Under the pieces are notes generated by a model, which did no database searches, was not told where the DNA came from, and saw nothing but the letters and a program-made list of their open reading frames with translations. A stretch of DNA of 64,000 nucleotides from NCBI GenBank assembly GCA_014727915.1, contig WJMO01000005.1, forward strand, positions 1 through 64,000. Reading direction: 5' to 3'. Position numbers and translations under genes: made by a program. This document shows, in pieces, positions 58,201-64,000 of the stretch; within the stretch, counting starts at the first letter, position 1; the number at the start of each line of letters is the position of its first letter. Source of the stretch: Candidatus Altiarchaeales archaeon. Lineage in GTDB: Archaea > Altiarchaeota > Altiarchaeia > IMC4 > SCGC-AAA252-I15.

Positions 58201-61200
58201 TCTCCGGGCACCTGTACGGCTCCGAAGCTACGCAGTAGGTGCAGTACTCGGGGCCTTTGCCCGTGGCGCAGCCGTCGGGTGGCTTTCCCCCGCCGCTGAA
58301 CAGCCAGCGATCGTCCTCATACCACGAGTCCTGGCCCCTGCACGTGGCCTCCCAACCCGCTGCCTCGCTGCAGTTCGGTATCATGAATCCTGCCCCCGAG
58401 TATATCCAGACCGGCTCATCCCCGCTCCTCGTCCACGTCTGAGACCATTCCTCCTGGTCTTCAACGTCCTTCGGCTTGCAGTCCCTCCCAGTCCACGTCC
58501 AGTTCTCCTTGCAGCAGGCTGTCTCGCTGCTTGGGGGTGTGCTGCTGTGTATGTTGCCGGTGCATATGAGGTCCGTGTCCGGGAGGCATTCGTCGTCGTC
58601 TTCGCATGGGCCCTCCTCCTCCTCGCACCATTGTCCGGTCTCATCATGCTTCATCCAGCACCATGTCCTCTCCTCTATGCCTCCGCTGCTCTGGTCTTTG
58701 ACGCCTATCGTATCGTACATCTCGACGAAACGAACTGCCTCTCCCGTCGGGAGGCAGCACTCGTGCGTGAGGTCCCATTCGGTTTCGCTGGGGCAGCAGT
58801 GGCCCTCCTGGAACCTGTCTATGCCCTTAGCATGGGCTGTTATGTTGTTCGCGCTGCAGTGCAGGTACTTTATCTGCGGGTCCTCCGGGGGTATCCTGTA
58901 GTGGGCGCAGTCGCTGCTCGTCTGGCAGACCCCGCCCATCCCCTCCAACCACTTGCCCCTCGCCTCTTCCGGGCATTCTTCAATATCCTGGTAGCAGAGC
59001 TCGTTCTCTTCGAACCTGCAGCAGTCGTCTATGTAGTGGGTTCCCGCAGGGCAGCAGAACTTGCTCCCCCCCTCGTATGATTCCACGCACTTCAAACCCT
59101 GGATGCAGTCCTCGTCTTCCCTGCAAGGCCCCTCGTGGACGTTCAGCAGCCCGCAATCGTACCTGCCTGGCAGAGTGTAAGCGCAGTTCGGCTCCATGTC
59201 CTCCGGGTATCCTACGTCGGTCGTCAGGAAGCTCAGCTCGGGGACGATCTTGAAAACCTTCGCCCACACGCTGTCCACGTTGAACTGCCTGTAGTACATG
59301 AGGTCGTAGTTGAAGCAGAGGTCCGGGCAGACGGTGTGCTTGTTGCATGCGAGGCACGGGTCGTGGCGTTTGCTCCCCGGACGATCCCACTCATCCCTTG
59401 TCTCCGCCTGCGGGCACTCTCCCCCGCTGCTGGTCTCGAAGGCGCAGTAGCCCGGCCGACTGCAGTAGAAGTCCTCGTCTATGGAGTCGTTGCGCTTCCA
59501 GTACCTGTCCCGCACAGTGTCGCCGTCCGGGAACACTCCCGGCATGGTTCCAGTGTACTCCGCGTACTCGTCGAAGAAACCAGCTCCGTGGACGTAACCG
59601 TATTTCTCAAGCTGGTCGTTGCAGTTCCTTCCATGGAAGTGCGTGGGCGGATAGTGGCTGTAGTTGTATCCTGCGGACTTGTTCTCGTCCCATACCACCC
59701 TGACCCCCCCGTATCCGCAGTAGCCCTGGCTGGCGACGGACTGGCTGTGGTCTGAGGTGTAGGGTGTGCACTGCCACCCTCCCATGTCGATGTTGTCCCC
59801 GTTCTCGAACATCTGCTGGCACTGTTCCGGGGGGTCGTAGCTGACCCAGCCTTCTCCCATGTCACAGCCTGCGGGCCCCACATTGCATGTCACCTCGACA
59901 CCTCCAACTTCGCATGTGTTGTCCGGCGGGCAGTTCGGGCACGGGCACGGCAGGGTCTCCCTCCTGTTGCAGGTAGCCCACCTGCAGTAGTATTCGACGC
60001 AGCTCTGGTCCGCGCAGGGCATGATCCATACCTCCCAGTCCGTCCACGCCCCTCCTGGGCCTGGGTTGTAGAGGTGCATCCAAAAGGGAGGCTGCTTCCA
60101 CTCTATCTCCCTGACAAAGTATGCCGTGACGTTGGTTATGATGGACTCGACCGCCTTCTGAACCACTGTTTCATCCGGCAGCCCGTTCTCGAAGTCGTAT
60201 TTCTCGTCGTATATGCCGTCCTGCCGGTGGTATGCCGGGTTATCGGCTGCCGCATCGTCGTCGAGGTCCAGGTATCCGTAGTAGTCTGCCTGCTTCTCCC
60301 AGTAACCGCACTTTGCTATTGGGGTCGGGTCGAAGGGGTTTCCCGCGTTATAGTGTATGGAGGCTATGGCCGACCCTAGGCTGCAGGTGGAGAACCCGCT
60401 CCAGCAGTTGTCGCAACCCCATATCCTCTCGATCGTGTCGTCATTCCACCACATCAGCCCCATGCCGACGGTCTCTATCTCGTATATGTGCTGGCTGGGC
60501 CTCATGAGCTGGTAGTATTCGAGGCCCTTGTTGGCTCCGAACCTGGAGACCTCGAAGGCCGAGATGTAAGTGCCTGGCTCGTCGTAGAACTTGCCCTCGT
60601 CTCGCATTGCGTACGTGCAGTTCCCAAAACCGCCTATGCCTATCAGCTCACTGTACGTTTCCTCTATCTTCTGGTATGGCCCCAGGTTGAACGTCTTGCA
60701 CCTCCCCCTCGCGCGTGTCTCCCCCATGCTGTCGCATATCCGGGACAGTATGTAGTCTGTGTGGTACTCTTCCTCGTTGAATACTCTTAGCTTGTTGATG
60801 TAGTCGCTGTCGTCCACGCCCAATACCTGGTATTCGCCCCCGACTAGCACATAGTCCCCGAATGTGCTTTCCTTCGGGTCTGTCAGCAGGGGCAGCCGCC
60901 GGTAGTTGACGTGCTTTGTCCTGACCCTGGTCGCGACACCCGCGGAGACCAGATCCTCGCAGTTTGGGTCGGCACCCCAGTCTATGCTGTCCCCGTCTAT
61001 CTTCCCGCAGGTGTATTCGCCGTTGTTCTTGACCCTGATGAACCTTAGGAAGCAGTTTAGCAGGTCCTTCGGGGCGCCACCCGCTATCAGAGGGTCCAGG
61101 TTCTTGTCGTATACTTCACTGTAGCATATGTCCTCCCCGTCCTCCTCGTAGCAGTCCAATACCAGCCTGCCTTTGTCGTCAACCAACACCTCAGCGTAGT

Positions 61201-61936
61201 ATAGCTCTTCCGAGTCCTCGTATCCGCAGCTGTACGACGGCCACCTGTAGTCTCCCTGAACGGTGTTCGGGTAGGGGTGGCATTCCTCATACCCTACCTT
61301 TGGGACGCAGTCCTCGCCGGTGTCCTCGTCAACATACCAGTATTCGCATGTGTTGGGCACGCATGTGTTGGGGTCGATCATCCTGTACTCGTCGTCCCTC
61401 AGCTCGAAGTATAATCTGGGGCCGGGGCTCGATCCCCTGCAGTAGTCGTCCTCCTGCCCTCCGCCAGCAGTCCCTATGACCTGGCCCATCTTGACCACCT
61501 CATCGTGTTCTGCAGACCTTGACTGCAGGTGCCCGTAGAATGCAGTGTACTTGCCATCCAAGGACTCCAGCTCTATAGCGCATCCCAGATAGTAGTCGAA
61601 GCCGCTCTCGTCAGTCTCGTTGAACCACTTGACTGTCCCGTCGAAGGCTGCGTACACGGGGTCCCCGTCGGCGGCGTACATGTCGAATCCGAAGTGGCCG
61701 TCCTGTACTTCACCCTCTCCCGAGACGCAAAGTGAAAGCAGAGCGCCCTCAGGTGCCTGAGTCGAATCCACAGGCCAGTCCATCTCGTAGGTGTCCCTGC
61801 AGTAGTGGCAGCATTTGTCGTTGAAGGCGTCGTTTTCCTCCTGTGCGGAGGTGCAGAGGCGGGCGGAGACGGTTTGCGAGTGCAAGATCAGAAGCAAAGA
61901 CGCGATTAGAACTGCCCTGCCACTCCACCCTTTCAT
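55211..61936 (-). CDS. Giant Cys-rich cell-surface protein with N-terminal M23-like domain
   Basis: Signal peptide; HFGFD..A..G.PVYAAFDGTV, YGHL, V..GQVIG..G (M23); YNAG motif; many Cys modules; C-terminal TM anchor. Confidence 0.8.
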   Translation of the reverse strand: MKGWSGRAVLIASLLLILHSQTVSARLCTSAQEENDAFNDKCCHYCRDTYEMDWPVDSTQAPEGALLSLCVSGEGEVQDGHFGFDMYAADGDPVYAAFDGTVKWFNETDESGFDYYLGCAIELESLDGKYTAFYGHLQSRSAEHDEVVKMGQVIGTAGGGQEDDYCRGSSPGPRLYFELRDDEYRMIDPNTCVPNTCEYWYVDEDTGEDCVPKVGYEECHPYPNTVQGDYRWPSYSCGYEDSEELYYAEVLVDDKGRLVLDCYEEDGEDICYSEVYDKNLDPLIAGGAPKDLLNCFLRFIRVKNNGEYTCGKIDGDSIDWGADPNCEDLVSAGVATRVRTKHVNYRRLPLLTDPKESTFGDYVLVGGEYQVLGVDDSDYINKLRVFNEEEYHTDYILSRICDSMGETRARGRCKTFNLGPYQKIEETYSELIGIGGFGNCTYAMRDEGKFYDEPGTYISAFEVSRFGANKGLEYYQLMRPSQHIYEIETVGMGLMWWNDDTIERIWGCDNCWSGFSTCSLGSAIASIHYNAGNPFDPTPIAKCGYWEKQADYYGYLDLDDDAAADNPAYHRQDGIYDEKYDFENGLPDETVVQKAVESIITNVTAYFVREIEWKQPPFWMHLYNPGPGGAWTDWEVWIMPCADQSCVEYYCRWATCNRRETLPCPCPNCPPDNTCEVGGVEVTCNVGPAGCDMGEGWVSYDPPEQCQQMFENGDNIDMGGWQCTPYTSDHSQSVASQGYCGYGGVRVVWDENKSAGYNYSHYPPTHFHGRNCNDQLEKYGYVHGAGFFDEYAEYTGTMPGVFPDGDTVRDRYWKRNDSIDEDFYCSRPGYCAFETSSGGECPQAETRDEWDRPGSKRHDPCLACNKHTVCPDLCFNYDLMYYRQFNVDSVWAKVFKIVPELSFLTTDVGYPEDMEPNCAYTLPGRYDCGLLNVHEGPCREDEDCIQGLKCVESYEGGSKFCCPAGTHYIDDCCRFEENELCYQDIEECPEEARGKWLEGMGGVCQTSSDCAHYRIPPEDPQIKYLHCSANNITAHAKGIDRFQEGHCCPSETEWDLTHECCLPTGEAVRFVEMYDTIGVKDQSSGGIEERTWCWMKHDETGQWCEEEEGPCEDDDECLPDTDLICTGNIHSSTPPSSETACCKENWTWTGRDCKPKDVEDQEEWSQTWTRSGDEPVWIYSGAGFMIPNCSEAAGWEATCRGQDSWYEDDRWLFSGGGKPPDGCATGKGPEYCTYCVASEPYRCPESPIWFEARNFGDQYQYGEPLPVCNGDFWGIDATVKPYKSFLNGPDGRTLECISEECNCGRAMRGDWDKEDGIKGCDMAGGGEVDGGCMGCMPGTCNSMEPTTCKRSDVSGGAHQCNVVMSGHGGFTGGKVVDGMPVDPYAVDAAAHIPKSCGRMQRKEVHTYPRNPGQEPFAQMDIMVTEYDENHGVVDVQSFSKAKTSNKLYGKDNLLTEKPPAPASVMHEDKQEVQLSPETRYLNVGLKYSVINEMKRELLVKQCGWQGCSRLEEKVISYRWEQWEEIIVNDITCETEWFVTHNEVYAGDFTPPCCCRGNQPRTPYTQDPIPFQWDNDNPPAHSWCECTYWTTCNGVPIELECYYYHDCRCDYTCWGCWHHDSVNLADYLVTKDKGPCEWEIVYEKMKDYSRIWADDYGDHLRVENPIDSGNSEAVIKVNGTIQHGHEDSSNENWAFAYLNFKAVDEESTRSPGRFVYDLFDGFTLTIEDAYEQYLMMDFTPKKYYPWHDGTALQSTLPQDWKEVTEENARLLDLAKECYKTRLTPPGQEIDLEYETSDPLYVRWTYNPSKKSHFFIDQFSAYGSQYTWKHPLWLVDKGRAECYNYIYEISSNIGLLRNFHEDEPHYYDFAALYWRMQDVERGLDDDNWRVDEWTNVRFLKKSKPIGKAYVRYALYCDSEEWRDVDYQCSSIQDCPPMCNQIADLVCEGGRCDCEYKEEFENLYPIDNETCKDLNKWVLSGLVPCEGVPSKYRNHCAEEEFKAYWLDHFQFRYKWNFGESKCNIEYLKECEPKGIAPQSYTLILDSNSLTEYELGFTDIEVYTPFQSQDFPAFGDAPICPDGAQHGAGSGGLTVRVNKPPPEEFYLESDFNENSRIIKVWPAVLNVCTNQSSEDGYDPYCKHFYIQFQHPYIEYTGWYDLNEEIMFPVDRLITAVITCHDDHGFKRSVPFVDTVPVDKPPEFCDYLMDNLWVLLIAFAAVMSYRFFSGKALDFAKARDEFDGKA

Positions 61937-61965
61937 ATCGAGTAAACTATTAATAATTAATATTA

Positions 61966-63042
61966 TTATAAGCGTTGCTCACCTGTCAGGGCGAAAAAGA
62001 CCGTGGCGTCGGCGAGGCTGTCCTGTGTTATGTAACCCAAAAGTTTGTTCCTGTCCGAGACCAGCACCAGTGTCTTGCCCAACAGCAGCTTCAATGATTC
62101 GTCAACCCTCAGGTCCCCGTCCAAGACAAGGAAGTCCAATCCATCCTCCTCCCCTATCCTGGACTCCGGGTCGACCTTCTTCAATGCTCTGATGTCCAGC
62201 ACACCCCTCATCACACCGTCGGAGTCCACCTTCACATATAGGTTCTCACCCCTTCGGAACGTTGTGTTCAGGAACTCCCTCCACGTAAGCCCATCATTGA
62301 CGTACCTTATGTCCTGGACTGCGATATCCCGCAGCCTAGCCCCCTTCAAAGCCCGTCTAAGGCTGATATACTTCAGCTCGCTCCCGCCCGCCAGGTAGAG
62401 GAGGCCTCCTATGGCAATCCACCATATGTTCCACGATAGCAGTCCCAAGAAGGCTATGGTGAGGAATATGAACTGGCCTACCGCGGTCGCTATCCTCGTC
62501 GCCCGCGTGTAGTCCATCCACAAAGCCAACGTGCTCCTGAACACCCTCCCCCCGTCCATGGGGAACGCTGGCAGCATGTTGAACGCGCCAAGTATGAGAT
62601 TGAGGGAGACGATGATGCTCACGATCCCAGAGAGGCTGTCCATGGCGAAGCTACCATCCACGATGCCCGAGGTCACCTCGTCATATCCTATGAAGTCCAG
62701 GTTCAACGCGAATATCAGTAACAACCCGACTGCAGCCAGCATGAAGTTGAACATTGGGCCCACGACGGCCACCCTCAGCTCGACCACAGGGTCGTCCGGC
62801 AACTCTATGCTCGCGACTCCGCCGATGGGCAGGAGGGTTATCTTCGGCACCTTCACCCCGTGCATCATCGCAGTGAGGGAGTGCACGAGCTCATGAGCCA
62901 GGACGATGGTGAATATCAGAGAGAAGAACAGGAAACCCTGGATGCCCAATCCAACTAGGATGAACATGAACCACACTATGAATAGCAGGTGCAGCTCGAT
63001 GGATATGCCCTTTACCTTGAATATGCTGTAAGACCAGCGCAT
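61966..63042 (-). CDS. Site-2 protease (M50) with degenerate CBS-like C-terminus
   Basis: HELVH, LLPIGGVA, GP..N, FNMLPAFPMDGGR. Confidence 0.93.
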   Translation of the reverse strand: MRWSYSIFKVKGISIELHLLFIVWFMFILVGLGIQGFLFFSLIFTIVLAHELVHSLTAMMHGVKVPKITLLPIGGVASIELPDDPVVELRVAVVGPMFNFMLAAVGLLLIFALNLDFIGYDEVTSGIVDGSFAMDSLSGIVSIIVSLNLILGAFNMLPAFPMDGGRVFRSTLALWMDYTRATRIATAVGQFIFLTIAFLGLLSWNIWWIAIGGLLYLAGGSELKYISLRRALKGARLRDIAVQDIRYVNDGLTWREFLNTTFRRGENLYVKVDSDGVMRGVLDIRALKKVDPESRIGEEDGLDFLVLDGDLRVDESLKLLLGKTLVLVSDRNKLLGYITQDSLADATVFFALTGEQRL

Positions 63043-63049
63043 GTTGCCT

Positions 63050-63538
63050 CTAACCCCTCTGTATGGCGGTCGCTCCGGTTCGGGCGATCTCCTTTATGCC
63101 CAGCGTCCTCATGATGCTCAGGAACGCGTTTATCTTGTTAGTATCTCCGATTATCTCGACAGACAGCGTCTTCGGGCTGACATCCACGATGTTGCCCCTG
63201 AATACGTCAGCGTACTGTATGACCTGAGCCTTCTGCTTCTCAGATGGCGTGTTCACCTTTACGATGCACAGCTCCCTCATAACCGCGTTATCGGGTGATA
63301 TGTCCGTGACCCTTATGACGTTCACGAGCTTGTTCATCTGCTTGTTTATCTGCTCCAGCACACGGTCGTCGCCGCGGGTTACAATGGTCATCCTCGCGAT
63401 GTCCGGATGGTCGGTGGCGCCGACGGTGATGCTCTCTATGTTGAACTTCCGCCTCGCGAACAAAGACGCTATCCTCTGCAGGACTCCCGGCTTATGCTCC
63501 ACCAAAGCAGTGAACACGTGAACTCTCTCCTCGCTCAT
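63050..63538 (-). CDS. ilvH: Acetolactate synthase small (regulatory) subunit
   Basis: KPGVLQRIASLFARRKFNIESITVG, REL..VKV, EIARTG. Confidence 0.95.
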   Translation of the reverse strand: MSEERVHVFTALVEHKPGVLQRIASLFARRKFNIESITVGATDHPDIARMTIVTRGDDRVLEQINKQMNKLVNVIRVTDISPDNAVMRELCIVKVNTPSEKQKAQVIQYADVFRGNIVDVSPKTLSVEIIGDTNKINAFLSIMRTLGIKEIARTGATAIQRG

Positions 63539-63603
63539 ACTATGCCCTCCTGACTTGCTAGTATTTATAGACGTTTCTATTATAAAGACTACTTACCTGC
63601 AAA

Positions 63604-64000
63604 ATGGCTGACGGAGACTATCCTGAACCGGGGGAGCTGGTTATCGGCACTGTCAAGAGCATATTCAACCAGGGCGCCTTCATAGACCTGGACGAGTACA
63701 CCGGCCGAAGGGGCATGCTGCACCTGTCCGAGATAAGCCTGAAATGGGTGCGGAACATCCGGGACTACGTGAAAGAGGGGCAGAAGGTTGTTGTGGTAGT
63801 CCTGAGGATAGACCCCAAAAGGGGCCACATCGACCTGTCTCTTCGGAGGGTGAATGACTCCCAGAGGAAGCAGAAGCTGCAGCAGGTAAAGCAGAAGCAG
63901 AGGGCGTTGAAGCTTTTGGAGCTGATGGCGTCGGAGCTGAAGCTGAAGCCAGAATCCGTCACCAAGAAGCTGTCGAACACGCTTTCAGAATATGACTCCC
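63604..64000 (+). CDS. eif2a: Translation initiation factor 2 alpha subunit, 3'-partial
   Basis: My translation: MADGDYPEPGELVIGTVKSIFNQGAFIDLDEY...HLSEISLKWVRNIRDYVKEGQKVV...KRGHIDLSLRRV; runs off the window. Confidence 0.95.
   Translation, partial: MADGDYPEPGELVIGTVKSIFNQGAFIDLDEYTGRRGMLHLSEISLKWVRNIRDYVKEGQKVVVVVLRIDPKRGHIDLSLRRVNDSQRKQKLQQVKQKQRALKLLELMASELKLKPESVTKKLSNTLSEYDS

Noticed and set aside
61966-63538. Site-2 protease and ilvH as members of the secretion-like system
   Set aside because: They are co-oriented but are common housekeeping genes, and an AT-rich promoter-like tract separates them from the giant gene; no sequence evidence of a functional link.

Overview
This is a gene-dense archaeal chromosome segment. 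Evidence: aIF2 alpha/gamma, RpoE'/Spt4, eS/eL ribosomal proteins, Cdc6/Orc1, FEN1, Trm56, TYW3, DHQ synthase II and TATA-type upstream tracts. The Cys/Thr-rich surface proteins suggest a DPANN-type lineage such as Altiarchaeota (inference only). Most genes are housekeeping, and there is one tRNA-Arg(TCG). I found no CRISPR array, rRNA, integrase or transposase. Three things stand out. (1) A candidate type-IV-secretion-like contact system: a 2241-aa Cys-rich membrane-anchored protein with a degenerate M23 domain and lytic-transglycosylase-like motifs, an adjacent 1443-aa VirB6/TrbL-like protein with glycine zippers and an HhH-like module, a VirB2/TrbC-like pilin, and four paralogous orphan genes inserted in the conserved rps6e-eif2g-PIN-rpoE operon. 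One of the orphans shares an unrecognised ~80-aa domain with the VirB6-like protein. (2) A translationally coupled mtrA-like/mtrH/core-MetE operon that suggests a soluble three-protein corrinoid methionine synthase. (3) A structured leader RNA plus a 38-aa ORF upstream of cdc6. All family calls come from motif recognition by eye; no database searches were run.
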